Assembly: GCF_963921235.1 (NCBI RefSeq)
Contig: NC_086106.1
Location: forward strand, 23,622,001-23,686,000
From: Mobula hypostoma
Taxonomy: Eukaryota
Reading direction: 5' to 3'
Length of the DNA: 64,000 nucleotides
Both the position numbers and the translations under genes were made by a program. Shown piece after piece: positions 12,201 through 25,072 of this stretch (position 1 is its first letter; every line of letters begins with the position of its first letter). The notes below the pieces were generated by a model. It did no database searches and was not told where the DNA came from. It was given only the letters and a program-made list of their open reading frames with translations.

Positions 12201-14234
12201 TCTGGCCGGGACAAGTTATACAGCCGGCTGGTGGTCAGAGGAGCTCCGGGGAGAAGGTCGATGGCACAATCGTAGTGTAGTGTGGAGGCAGGGGAAGGGC
12301 ACGTTGTTTACTAAACACGTGTCCCAGATCGTGGTACTCCGCTGGAACCCTGGACAAGTCAGGGGTTTCAACTGCATATGAGGTCGAGGTGGATTTCGCT
12401 GGGGAAAGGACCGACTGTAGACAGGTGGCGTGGTAAAACGGACTCCAGCTGGCTATCCTCCCGGTGGACCAATCAATGCAAGGGTTATGGCGGCTCAACA
12501 ATGGATACCCAAGAACTATTGAGACTTGAGGGGAGGAGATCAAGTTAAATTGTACCTGTTCCCATTGGTTCCCCGAGAGAATCAAATCCAGTGGTGGGGT
12601 ACAGTGAGTGATTCGGGCCAGAAGACTTAAGTACAGTGCCCGGGCCTCCCCACGGTTAGTCAACGACTCTCGAGGAATTCCGGCCTGGGTTGCTATATCT
12701 TCATCGAACAGATTCCCCTCCGCACCGGGGAATATCAAGGCAGACAAGGACAGGGACTGTTTGTTGTAGCTTACAGTGGTTTGGTCTTGCATCCGGGAAT
12801 GTGGGACAGTAGGGAATGTGGTCTGACTCACCAGGGACTCCCTTTCTACTGGTGAGCCCTCCCCTTTTAGCCGAAGGGAACAGGTGTCACGAAAATGGCC
12901 AGAATGACCGTAAAAGAAGCAATCCCCTGCTTTTAATCTCCGGAGCCGCTTGGAGGGAGGAAGACGGCTACGTCCCAACTGCACTGGTTCCTCTTCCGGA
13001 GTGGTGGAAACGGCCGGGCCGCACGCTATTCTAGGAGTTGAAAGAGGAGAGAGGTTAGGACTGGGAGTAGATGGTAGAGCATGCCGTGGGGTCGCCAAAA
13101 GACGACCGGTTCTCTCCCTCTGTCGTTCTCGGAGTCGGTTGTCCATCCTGGTGGTTACGGAGATCAATGAATCCAGGCTGTTAGTGTCATCCCTAGCCGC
13201 CAACTCGTCCTTTACCTTGTCAGAGTGGCCCTGCCGGAATACCTCCTGGAGTGCCTCATCATTCCAGCCCGCGTCGACCGCTAGCGTCCGGAATTCCACG
13301 GAGTATTCTGCAACACTACGTGAGCCTTGATGGAGGTTGAGTAGCCGCTTAGCGGCATCTTTACCGCAGACGGGATGGTGAAAAAAACTTCCCTATTTCT
13401 AAGATGAATGTGAGGAAGGAAGAGCAGGTCTCTGGCTGATTATCCCAAATCGCGGAGTCCCACGCTAAGGTATTTCCTTGTAATAACCCCATAATGTAAG
13501 CTATTTTGATCTGTCCGTGGCGCATGTTGATGCCTGCTGCTCGAACACCAGGGAACATTGTAGCAGAAAAGCCCAGCACTTCCCCAGATCTCCGGCATAG
13601 GGTTCTGGTTCGGGGACACGCGGCTCTCTTAGCTGTCGTGTTGTTGACGCTTCGGGCGTCGCCACCACAGACTGTCTGGGCTAGTCATACGGAGTTCCCA
13701 GAGTCGACGGGGTAAAATGGGTGGATACTCGGTCGACCTGTTCACTAACCTTTTACGTCTACTGACAGGCAAAGGAGATTTTCCACGACATGTCCGGAGC
13801 AGCTGATCGTGCAAGCCCAATAGGGAGCCCTAGCTGGCCTGTTGAAGTGGATTCGTTCCGCTGGGTTCATGTTAGCCAGTTCGTTCTGTTGCAAGGACGT
13901 GGCTGGGGACGAACCTAAGTGCAGGACACAGAATGCTGAGACAGAGTCCTTAGGCATAGCACCTCCGCGAACGGGGAGCTGATATCCAGGAGACGATGCG
14001 AAGCTTAGAACTAACAGTTCTCAGGAATAGTAAACAAGGTATACGCTCGCCAGAGTCGACCAACGAACTGGCGGCTTCTTGCTGTGGTCGCAGGGTTTTT
14101 ATCGTGCTGTTTAATGGGAAGCAGGTGCGTGTAGTTAGTGGTACTTGGGAATGATTGGAATCTAAATGAGATGATCGAGACCCAATTCTTGAGGAAAATA
14201 GCAAGGTGGGGGATTGCCAGACTGGACCATGACA
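9300..14234 (-). mobile_element. Nested Tf1/sushi-type (chromovirus) Gypsy element, decayed
   Basis: LTRs at 13887-14234 and 9300-9641. Gag and protease remnant 12235-13299 ([16 protein letters not shown], degenerate CCHC), RT fragments 11626-12214, RNase H ORF 10551-11636, integrase 10313-10573, chromodomain 9727-9954 ([16 protein letters not shown]). TSD GGCGC/GGAGC at 9295-9299 and 14235-14239. Confidence 0.92.
13875..13885 (-). promoter_or_regulatory. Self-priming type primer binding site of the sushi-like element
   Basis: Element strand AACGAACTGGC, 1 nt after the 5' LTR, is exactly complementary to LTR positions 14062-14072. That LTR site begins 30 nt downstream of a TATA-like ATAAAAA (14096-14102). 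Confidence 0.7.
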
Positions 14235-17200
14235 GGAGCATTAATAAAAATTAAAATAGCTGAAGAGAGAGGCTGATGCTGCACAAAAAAGGTGGGTCCG
14301 TGAGGCTAGAAAGGCATAAAAACAGAGAGAAGAGGCAAGGAAATGGAGAGTAGAGGCAGCAAGACAGAGTGAAGAAGCAGAAAGGCAGTGGCAGCTCGAA
14401 AGGGAGACATGGCAACGGGAGGAACACGTGGGAGAAAGGCAGAGACAGTTGAAAAGGGAGAGGTTGCAGCAAAGAGGTTTAGTGTCCGTCCCTGATGATT
14501 TGTCCAGCTCGGAAGGTCTAGTTTTGTGTGATGAATTTAAAAGTTGTGTTCCTGATGAGGTAAGGGCATACCCAGTGGCAGAGGATGACCCTACCCTGAA
14601 GTGGTTTGATAAGAAAGCAGACGAAGAAGTTTTAACCCATGCGGTTGAGATAACAAAAGATGAGAGTTTGCCGGAGAGTAGCTGGGAGGTTCGAGATTAC
14701 CCTGAATTTGAAATTGGGACTAATGATGACAGCCCAGAAGAGGCAGTTATTCTGATTGAATGTGTTCAGGTTTTTGAAGTACCTGTGAGTTCACAGGATT
14801 CTGAACCTAATGTTGAGGCTCAGTTGAAGTCTGAGGTGCCTGACTTGTTTGAAAGGAAAGCAGTTTTGTGTGTCAGATGATCTTGGTTCAGTGACTAAGG
14901 GGTTAACATTGGTACCAGTGGAATGTGAGGATTCTCAGTCATTTGTATTAGACCGTGTTTTAAAAGTTGGTCATGAAGTGGAAGCTGATGAGGTCAATGT
15001 TGTTGCAAGTAATGGGAAAAGTGCTGTTCCTGGACTTTTGGATAAAGTCCTGGAAATGGTTGGATCGGTTCCGCGACTTATGACTCTGCTTGCAGGACAA
15101 AGGCCTGCTGAGATAGGATGCGCTAGTTTGTTGAATTTCGTTTGGATATTTGGAAGTAAGCACCTGCAAGGTCATGCTGTTATTCAGGGTGATATTATCG
15201 AGAGGAGGAAGAATTGCTGTGGTTTTGGAGTGGAAGTTGCCATGGATACAAGTCGAAGTATAGGTCGTAATGAGATGGGTAGTTTATTTGGTCTCTTTCA
15301 TAATGTATACGTAATTCTGATCAGCCTGATGATGGCAGTGAGTTTAATAAACAATGGAGGCATGTTGACAGCTCTCCAAGATAAGAGTGTTTCAGCAATT
15401 CAGAGAATGAGCAAAGCTGGTGCAGAGGCCTACAGCAAGACCAAATGTTTAAATTATGATGTGTCAGAGACTTTTCTACCTTCCAGATTTCAGCAGGACT
15501 TTGAGCGTAGTACAACTGATATGGGTAAGAATGTATAAGAAAGGTTTCTCTTTTTTGAGAAAAGAATGTATCGAGGAACAGAAGCGAGATTATGGAATGG
15601 TGGCTTAAAGAGATATAGCTCTCACAGAAAAGGAGGTTCAGAAAGAGTCAGTGGGATGTTACCTTAAAGGTGGAATGTTGATGAGGAAGTGGAGACCAGC
15701 AACAGTGCCTGCAAGTCACGTGGTGTTTTTGAATGGTTACAAAGTTGAAATTTTAAGCATGTCTTATAGTATGCCTCTAGGTGGATGCCATTGTGTGAGA
15801 AATCGGAACGAGGGGGTTCCCCTCCTTTTATTGATTGTTAGAGATTCGATTCAGAAGACAGTGAACGGTAATTTGTTGGAACCTGTGTTCAGTTACAGGC
15901 TAAAAGGACCTTTGACTCTGCTCAGAGAATTCTGGAACGGATATAGTAGGCTGTGTGACTTTGTTAAGGAGAGTTTACAAAATGGTCGTCAAAATAAGAC
16001 ACTTGTTTACTAGAATTGCAGCTGGGAGCATTTTTGAAGTACAAAATGTATTCATAAAATCTGATAATGGAATGGAAAAACCTGTTTGCCCACTGAATCT
16101 AGACGCACCAAGATGTCAGAATTTCATTGTTTTGGAAAATATTACTGATAAGTTCCACCAGTTGGAGCCAAAGCCGGAAAAACAAGTAAAAGGACTAGTT
16201 GGTGTTTTGAATTAGTGCACAGGTGCGGTGCATCATGTCATTATTAATTCAGTCCAGCCGATGAAATGGTATCTTCACAGAGTGATCTTTGAGAAAAGTA
16301 AAATGGATGAAGAAGGAATTAGAAACAAGAAAGGACAAAGAAAGAGAATAGATTACTGTATTGATAGAGTGAGGAAGGCTAAATACGTTATTACGATTGA
16401 CTTGTTAAAAAGATACAGGGGTGTTCCTTTAACAGAGAGGGTTAAAGAGATATCAACATTGTTGACACCGTCTGGACTGTATGAATACAATGTTTTACAC
16501 TTTGGGATGAAGAATCTTCTGGAAACATTTCGAAGAATAATCAGTTCTGTGATTGGAGGGTTAGAAAGCACAGGAGATCATATCAATGGTTTAGTGGTCT
16601 GGAATGGCACGTGGGAAGTGCATATTGCAGTTGTAAAAAAACAGTTTGACAGACTTTCCAAGGCCAATCTTACGGTGAAACTTGCTAAAAGTGCATTTGG
16701 CCATGCCACAGTCGCATATCTGGGTTATGTGGTGGGCCAAGGCCAGCTGGCTTCTGTACAGGCCAAGGTTCAAGCTATTGCTGAAGTTCCTGTTCCAACT
16801 AGCAAGAAAGCTTTGAGAAGGTTTTTAGAGATGGTTGGGTATTATAGAAAAATCTGTAAGAACTTTGCTGACATCACTCTCCCCCGAACAAAGCTCCCAG
16901 GGCAGAGTGAAAGGTTTGCATGGACTGACCTTTGCCAAGAGGCATTCGAACGTCTGGAAACCATCCCGTGTTATCATCCTGTGCTCAAAGCACCTGACTT
17001 TTCAAAGCCATTTTCTACACCAACAGGTGTTAGTGACGAAGCTGCTGGGGCAGTACTGTTACAGAAGGGAGTGGATGACATTGAATATCCAGTAGCTTAT
17101 TTCTTAAAGAATATTAACGTACACCAGAAAAAAAAAAATTCAACTGTTGAAAAAGAATTACTAGCACTTATTCTGGCTTTATAACTTGGAGGCCTATGAT

Positions 17201-17708
17201 CGGAGACCTCAAAACTCTCTGTTGCTCAGAGACCACTGTGGCCTACATGGGTTATAATCCGTTGATGTTTTTAACTATGATGACGGATGAGAACAGAAGT
17301 TTGTTAAATTGGAGTCCGATATTGCAGGAAGGTGACTTAAAAATCAAACATGTAAAATATACTGACAATGTTATAGCTGATGAGTTATCCAGATGTTAAG
17401 TTCAAAACTGCAAACATTTTTGCTTTCTGATCTGATGTTTTTTTTTTCTTCCTATATTGTTCAAAACCCTGTTATGGACATTTAAAAAACAATCGTCTTC
17501 GACATTTTTTTTTCTTTTTTCCCCCTGAGGAAGGGGAGTGTGAGGGGAACCAGGAGTGCCTTATTAACTGTTTGCAGAGAGACATTTATCATTGATGGTT
17601 TGTTTGGAAAGGAGAGAGAGAGAGAGAGTTATGTACCACGGATATGTGCCTTTGAAGACAGAGGGAAACGAAGATCTACGATTGGACTGTCACTTTAAGA
17701 CATTGGAA

Positions 17709-18255
17709 TGGCAGGCAATCTGAGGAAAGACATCCTTGCCATAGAGGGAGTACAAAGAAGGTTCGCCAGATTGATTCCTGGGATGGCAGGACTTTCATAT
17801 GAAGAAAGATTGGATGATCTGGGCTTGTACTCGTTGGAATTTAGTAGATTGAGGGGGGATCTGATTGAAACGTATAAGATCCTAAAGGGATTGGACATGC
17901 TAGATGCTGGAAGATTGTTCCCGATGTTGGGGAAGTCCAAAACGAGGGGCCACAGTTTGAGGATAGAGGGGAAGCCTTTTAGGACCGAGATTAGGAAAAC
18001 AACTTCTTCACACAGAGAGTGGTGAATCTGTGGAATTCTCTGACACAGGAAACAGTTGAGGCCAGTTCATTGGCTATATTTAAGAGGGAGTTAGATATGG
18101 CCCTTGTGGCTACGGGGGTCAGGGGGTATGGAGGGAAGGCTGGGGCGGGGTTCTGAGTTGGATGATCAGCCATGATCATAATAAATGGCGGTGCAGGGTC
18201 GAAGGGCAGAATGGCCTACTCCTGCACCTATCTTCTATGTTTCTATGTTTCTATG
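17709..18255 (+). mobile_element. CR1 3' fragment inserted into the 3' LTR of the outer Gypsy element
   Basis: NLRKDILAIEGVQRRFARLIPGM coding and a ctatgtttctatg tail. It splits LTR sequence cattggaagtaac, which is intact in the 5' LTR at about 8112-8124. Confidence 0.92.
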
Positions 18256-19489
18256 AAGTAACTCTGGATTTCTACTGAGTTTGGAGTTGTAGACAGCACC
18301 GAGCAGCTTGAAAGTTGTTATGGTGACCGAAGGTAGTGTTATTTAATGGACACTCGATGTTATGATTTTCAGCAAATTATTGATGTTACTTTCAAGGACA
18401 GCTTGCCTGCTTGTGTGTTTATTTGTAGACAAAGGAGGGAGGGACTCTGAGTGTCCGGTGATGTTCAGCCTGGTGAAACAAATAGGAGGTCAGATGATAC
18501 AGACCTCAGGACACATGATCTGGACACTGAATGAGCATTGTTGTGCCCTCAGAGAAAGTGAGTTTTTGGGGAGTCGATCAGGTGGATCGATCCAAAATTG
18601 CTATTCCATCGGTTTGAAAAAAAAAAGGTTAACTGGTGGGGAGTTGTCTATGTGTCCACCGTTGCCGGGGCGATAGCTCCACCACAGTAAAAAACCTTTC
18701 CCCCTGGTTAAAGTCACAGTGGGTGACTTGTAAAGTATTTCGGAGGACGACGAGAAGAGCGACGGCATCAGATCACCTGATGACTCGTATATCTCTCCCT
18801 CTCTCCCTCCACCTCCCACTCTCCCTCCCACTCTCCTTCCCACTCTGCCCCTCACTACTCAACTAAATACCACGAACTGAGCTAAACTTTACGCAACATC
18901 GTAAGTGTATCTTTTTACCCCTAGACTTAAAGAAGCGTGGTTTTCATACATATATATTCCACCCTTACTTTTATATATAATCATTACTAACCTCTTTGAT
19001 TTACCTACATTCTGTTTTTTTTTTGTTTGTTTGTTTTTTTTTTGCAGTATTTCATTGACATATCATAAGGAAAGCAATGACAGCACCAAAACCATGGTAA
19101 TGGACGCAACAGAAATCTGTCAGAAGTTAACCATCTCAAATCAAGCTTATTGTTATTCTTAGCAGTTTTAGGACATCTATTCCGATTATGTTTAGGCTTG
19201 CTAAATAAAACCGTCATCAGTCAATCAAACAAATTATCCTCCGGGCAACCTGTTTGTGAGTCGGTTATTTATAACGTTGTGTGTTTATTTTCGAATTAAA
19301 AGGAAAAAAAAAACACTCTACTTCCCGGGCCGGCAACTAGCTATTTCTCTGCTGCTGCCTTTCCGTGTGTGTATTAGACACTGCCCGATTATATAATTTG
19401 CAATAGGAAGATACTAATCGAATCGGGAGTACAATTTTCTAAAATGTTCATGTGAAGTTTTCTTTGTGTTATTACAATCTATGTTGTCC

Positions 19490-20990
19490 ATAAGACCATC
19501 GGACATTAGAGCAGAATTAGGCCATGTATTCCATCTACTCTGATCCACAATTGTTCATGACTGTTGCCGGATGCCTTCAACCCCATGTACATACCTTCTA
19601 GCCAAGACACATTTGCCCCGCTCAATTAGTTAACAGATCAAATTCCGCCTGAAATTTACGCACGTAGTTGGTCTCAACCGCAGTCTGTTGCAGAGCATTC
19701 CACAGATTTACTGATCTCTGGCTCAATAAAATAATAATTTAAAAAAAAATCCTCCTTACCTTCTTCTTCTTGCCTATCAAATATTCCGCTATCCATGCCA
19801 GTATCTTTCCTGTAAAGACACATGATTCTATCTTGATAAGCAATTGCATGCGTTCATGATATCAAACCACTTCGGAAAATCGAGGTAAATGACATCCTCT
19901 GCCTCTCCTTTGACAAAATTGCTCGTTGCTTCCTTGAAGGTCTCAAATAGTTTGCCAAGCTGGATTTTCATTTGCAGACACCATGTTGATATTGAATTAT
20001 TTTATTATTAGTTTCCAAGTACCTCAAAATCACATCTTTAATAACAGACGCCGAAATTTCCCAAGCAAAAGACATTAGGCTAGCTGTGCGACAATTCCGT
20101 CCTTTAACGTCCTCACTTCTCAAAGAGTACAGTAATATTTCTAAACATCTTGTTCGGGAACCTGTTGCAATCAAGCCACACTGGAAAGATCATGATCAAT
20201 GTTTCCGTTATCTCTTTATGCTATATTAGCTTCAAACACTATAAATACTATTAGCTCTAGTAAATCTGCCCGCAGGAATATTGGAACCCTGGTACTCAAA
20301 TGCAAGCCGCCCCTTTTGAACGAGTCCTACGTGCCCTTTATGGGTTCCCAATAATTATCTAGAATTTTTAATCCCTGCCCTTTGCTCCAGAATCTTCAGG
20401 CACACATTTATATGCCACCTCTTTATATTCAGATCCTCCCCTGTCGCTTTACACAGGAAGCAAACCTGTAATTAATACCCTTGAGACACTGTTTCTAAGA
20501 TGTTTCCTAACAATCTATGTTAATTTCCCTGAACTCCTGCCTTTTTTTCCAATGTCTAATATCTAATAACATACACTTAAGTTCCCTATTCCTCTGAGCC
20601 AAATGTCCATACGCAGTGTCGGAGATCGCCACCCACACCACTCCCCACACCCCAATAATAATAAAAATGGAGTGCTTGAAGGACGCGGTAACAGATTTGC
20701 TCTCCATTATCTTACATTCCCCCTGTTCTCTCCTGACAGTCACTCAGGAAGATTATCTCCCTCCTGTGGTTCTGCCCCACTTAACCTTACAAGGTGAAGG
20801 TCGTCGATATGCACCTCTAGTTTCCTAGCATGTTTCCTGAGGAGCAGTATATCGATGCACCTGGCGCAGATGCGACTATAGTGGAGGCTAGTAGTTAACT
20901 AGAAACTCGACATCGGACACCCAGGCGATTGTCAAATCACGTTCGTGAGTATACTTGTTTAGTTTACACAATTCTGAAATAAGAATACGA
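19490..20990 (-). mobile_element. Old degenerate CR1-like LINE remnant (paralog at about 47825-49400)
   Basis: The minus strand reads as decayed CR1 RT (SVIKDVILRYLETNNKIIQYQHGVCK) with a CR1-type 3' end. The same remnant is present in the duplicated cassette. Confidence 0.65.
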
Positions 20991-21838
20991 ATATACCGTG
21001 AAAGAATTATTACCAGTGCAAAGAAAGTAGGGATAAAGGAAATAATTCGTTTAGCAGCCACAAATGACATAGAGAGATTTGTTAGAGACAGATCTGGCCA
21101 AACGTTTGCTTAAGAAGGAAAGACGAGTTTACTCTATTTTATTTTCTCGGTACATCAAGAACATTCCTACTGCAACAGGAATTCTTTACGCCCGGGTCAA
21201 CTAGCAACCACACGAAAACGAAACATGTGCCAACATAACGAAAATAGTTCTTTCAAAATTAATGAATCGTCCCTAGTCACATTGCCTCTGCTGTTCAGCA
21301 AAACAATATATAGATAAATGCCTATCTTAGCAATGTATTTGCAAATCAGTGAGCCTGATCAGGTTCAAACTCCCCATGATACAAACATCAAAACAGGAAG
21401 GTACTGCAAGGGCTACCAATATAAAGCATGTAACATCAGCTCGTGCCCAATCATTTGTGGAATACGTTCTGCTACCACTGTCTGTGTCGGAATGTCTTAT
21501 TTCTCTAAACTGAAGGCCGATGTGACCTAGAAATGCGCAACATTCATTGTACTTTCCGTTCATTTTTTTTCAAAGCACTTCTGACGCACTACAATGAAAA
21601 CACTACTGTCATAGAGAGCTACAGCCCTGAAATTGTGAATTCCACAGTATGAGCTTTCAGGCTAAATGGAAGAACACAAACAATGGGCCGAAGTCTGCAT
21701 GATTTCATTAAGCGGAAACTTGTACAACAAGTCATTGAATATATATACTGAAACAAATCGCAAAGTAGAAAAAGTTCGTCAGTGGGTGTAGTTTACTTGG
21801 ATTTTCGGAAGACCTTTAACATGTTGCTGCACATCAAG

Positions 21839-23277
21839 TGTCACAATGGGGGCGCTGATGGCGGACCCAAATGCAAGACAGAGATCTGAAGTACTAGGAA
21901 CAGTACTTGACTAGAGTGGGGACGTGACAGGATACAAATAAGGAGCAAGGACAAGAACAGAGAATTGGGCTAGGACATGGACAAGACACAGAACCCGGAC
22001 AGGGACCTATGAACTAGGAGCGTGTGCTTGGAGTCCGACCCAGAGACTGGTCAAGGACCCAGAACCTGGGTCTTGCCTCGGGCTTGGACTCCAGAACCAG
22101 GAAAGCACATCACATGGCTACAGGACAGGACGTAGTTGGGGTCTTGGCTCTTGAGAATTGAGGCTGGGTTCTTGGCTCTTGAGGATTGAGGCTAAGGATT
22201 TGGCTCTTGAGGATTGAAGCCTGGGTCTTGGCTCTTGAGGCTTGAGCTTGGAGACAGGCTGGGGTCTCGTGGCTTGAGCTTATAGAGAGGCTGGGGTCTT
22301 GAAGCTTGAGTTTAGAGACAGGCTGGTGACTTGAGGCTTGAGCTTGGAATGCGGAGGCTTATAACTTGGAGGCTGGAGCTCGAAGACAGACTGGAAAATG
22401 TACATCAGTATAGAGCCGGGACTTATCATTCGAAAAGCCGGTACTCATCTTTAACAGGACACTGACATGAGACTTGACAGTACAGTAATATAGAGCCGAG
22501 ACTTATCCTTCGAGAAGCCGGGACTCAACTTTATCTCCACACGAAGGTGGCCAGGTCCACCTGCTGGGTAACAGCAGAACGGCCGGACTTACCCAACAAA
22601 TACAAAGACAAGACAAAACAGGTTTCCCCGCACGGCAAAGGCAGAACGGCCTGACTTACCCCACGGAGTCAAGGACAAGACAAGACAAGACAGATTCCTC
22701 TGCAGGGCAACGGCAGAACGGCCAAAACTACCTCACAGGGGAAAGGTCAAGAGAATACATGTCCCCCTGCAGGGCAGCGGCAGAACGGCCTGACTTACCC
22801 CACGGAGGCGAGGCAAGAAGAAAAAAAAAACATTAAAGAACAACAGATAGTTCCAACTCTGCTTCGGGGTTGCTCCATGTTGCATTTACGGCCTGCAACC
22901 TCAGCTGGCTACGGAAACAGCCGTATCCCTACCTAGCTCGGAGTGGCTGGCGACCACTCAGCTGACGCGGGAAAGAGCAGCATCCATACCGCAAAGACAG
23001 CTCCGAGACTCCATGAAGCGATTTTTCTCCAACACGGCCTAAAGATGGCAAGTGGCCGCTCCAGTTTTCTACACGCAGGTTGCTCCCAGGGAATCTTGAC
23101 AAGACTAACCAGCAACTCACACTCAACCCCAAGGCTACTTATATTCCAAGCTCAAGATGGGAATCAGGGGCCTATGATTAACTCAATCAAAGCAAAGGAC
23201 AGCTGGAAGATACGGAGTCCTGAGTCCACGGACGGGACCGTGAACAGGAATGCGGATTCACGGACCGGACCATGACA
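21839..23277 (-). mobile_element. 1.44 kb solo LTR with 5-bp TSD
   Basis: TGTCAC...CATGACA termini and TSD TCAAG at 21834-21838 and 23278-23282. Empty paralogous site acatcaagttggtc at about 50271. The right end ggaccatgaca matches the sushi-like LTR end. Strand is inferred from that similarity. Confidence 0.85.
22140..22385. repeat. Degenerate tandem repeats (about 22-33 bp units, ttggctcttgaggattgaggct-like) within solo LTR
   Basis: Repeated ggctcttgaggattgag and ttgagcttggagacaggctgg units read directly. Confidence 0.8.
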
Positions 23278-24275
23278 TCAAGTTGGTTAACAGACTAAGA
23301 GGGCATAGCATAAAGGAAAGATTTAGCATGGATAGAAAGACTGGATGACTTACAGGAAGAACGCGAGGATGACGCAAATTCCAAGAATGAAAGAATTAGC
23401 CTGCGAGCAGTTCAGGGCTGCTACTCGCTGGAGATTAGAGGAAGGTGGGTAACTATGATTTATCCATATTGAGTATTGAAAGACCTGGACAGCGTGGAGC
23501 AACACAGACCATTTCCGGCAGGGGTTTGTCCAGTACCAATCATGACAGCCTCAATAGAGAGGGGCATAAATTTGTACAGAGGTGAAAAAAGGAGGAGTTT
23601 TTAACCATACTGTGGTAACTCGGTGCAGTTTAATGTCTTTGCAGGTGAGATCAAGTTATTCGGTCTATTTAGTGCAGATTTTCATTGGTTCTTAGCTAGT
23701 CAGGGAGTCAAAGTTTACGGGGAGAAGACAGGTACACGGTGTTGAACGGTAGAATATTAAGCCATGAATGCATGGCACAGCACTATCGAACCGCAGAGTA
23801 CATGTCTTTTTCCTGAGTTTCGTGGTCTTATGGTCTTATGGCCTTGACGTCTGCCAGTGACGAATGTTGTTTCATGTACAAATGATGGCGCATGACGAGA
23901 AAATTGATTACCACTGCGTATAATCGGAGCAGTAAGTACCGGAGGAAATAGAAATACCAATCGTTCCATTTTTGATTGACAACATTATTTGCAGATTTTC
24001 CCAGAAAATATAGGTTATGTGAGAGATAGGCCAAATGATCAGCCGAAGAGCAAGTCCAAATAACGAAAATTCAGGCTCATTTGTCGGCGAGCACACACTA
24101 GACGTTTTAAAATGTGCATGTTATGTGTTGCGGTACTCATGATAGCACGCGTTGAGGTCTCTATTTCAATCGATTTAAATCCATCTGAAAGTACGCACAG
24201 CCACCTTTTATATTGTTACGGGTGCCTCGCTTTTCATCGCATGCCTAACCAATCTATTCACATTTGCCCAGTGTT

Positions 24276-24500
24276 CACAAGACCACAAGATCACAAGACA
24301 AAGGAGCAGAAGTAGGCCATTCGGCCCATCAAGTCTACTCCGCAGCTCCCTAATGAGCTAAATTATTCACCAACATCTAGTTCCAATTTCAGGCTTTTTT
24401 CCCCATATCCCTTGATACCCTGACTAATTAGATGCCTGTCAATCTCCTCCTTAAACACCTTCAGTGATCGGCCTCACCAATGATCACCCTCAATGATATG
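24276..24500 (-). mobile_element. Short LINE 3'-end fragment with (cacaagac)-type tail, specific to this cassette copy
   Basis: cacaagaccacaagatcacaagac followed by a CR1-like 3' end. Absent from the paralog at about 51270 (gtgttgattcatattc). Confidence 0.7.
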
Positions 24501-25072
24501 TTGATTCATATTCTTTTAAGCTTTCCAGGCCCATTTACCTGACAACAGTCGTTGTTGTTTTTTAATATATAATTATTTTTTAAACTGCCTCAAACAATTT
24601 GCGTTGCTGCTCCTACAATAAATAAATTATACACCCTTTGGGTAAAAAAAAATACATTATTTCAAGTTTGTACTACCAAGTTTCCTTTATGATTTCCACT
24701 TACCCAATTCTGATTCCCAATAGTAAAGATAAAGAATGAGGGCTTTATTCCTACCAATGGCCCATTATCTCTTATTCTCCTACATTCCAGGGAAAAAGTT
24801 TGAAATTGATCAAGTTCTCCATAACCGAGTCTCGCGTGCATTCGAACTTACTTTGTAATTATTTAATGCTTTATTTCCTCGTGGATTATTACATTCATGT
24901 TCTGTGAATACACAGTACATGATACATTAAGTGGTTTGATGCTTTTCTCTTGTGTTCATCGTAACAGGTCCGGACGCTGCAAATCGCTGCAAATATTATA
25001 CTGACAATTTCATCAGTCTGGGATGCATATCAATCTGGATAAATTCACGTTAAGCACTCCCACAGTGCTTAA

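Larger units (their letters stand above)
7953..19010 (+). mobile_element. Decayed Gmr1-like Gypsy LTR retrotransposon hosting two nested insertions
   Basis: 5' LTR 7953-8938 (TGTGAG...GTGACA). Gag starts about 9036 (MAEIDVRDFLKSPD). Integrase Zn-finger remnant GGMLMRKWRPATVPAS at about 15670. RT 16228-17184, RNase H end 17196-17399, PPT gaggaaggggag 17527-17538, 3' LTR from 17539 truncated near 19010. Confidence 0.85.

Noticed and set aside
10551-13299. PEG10/RTL1-like ORFs that could be called domesticated genes
   Set aside because: Flanked by two LTRs and a TSD, and riddled with frameshifts and lost catalytic motifs. It is an ordinary decayed sushi-type element.
22474-22503. Minus strand reads SALYYCTVK, mimicking a V-segment end
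   Set aside because: An in-frame stop lies two codons upstream, there is no WYRQ or first Cys and no RSS, and it falls within a duplicated unit of the solo LTR.
22575-22800. Four similar repeats of about 20 bp separated by variable spacers (CRISPR-like look)
   Set aside because: Vertebrate context, inside a TSD-flanked LTR, with degenerate repeats, related spacers and no cas genes.
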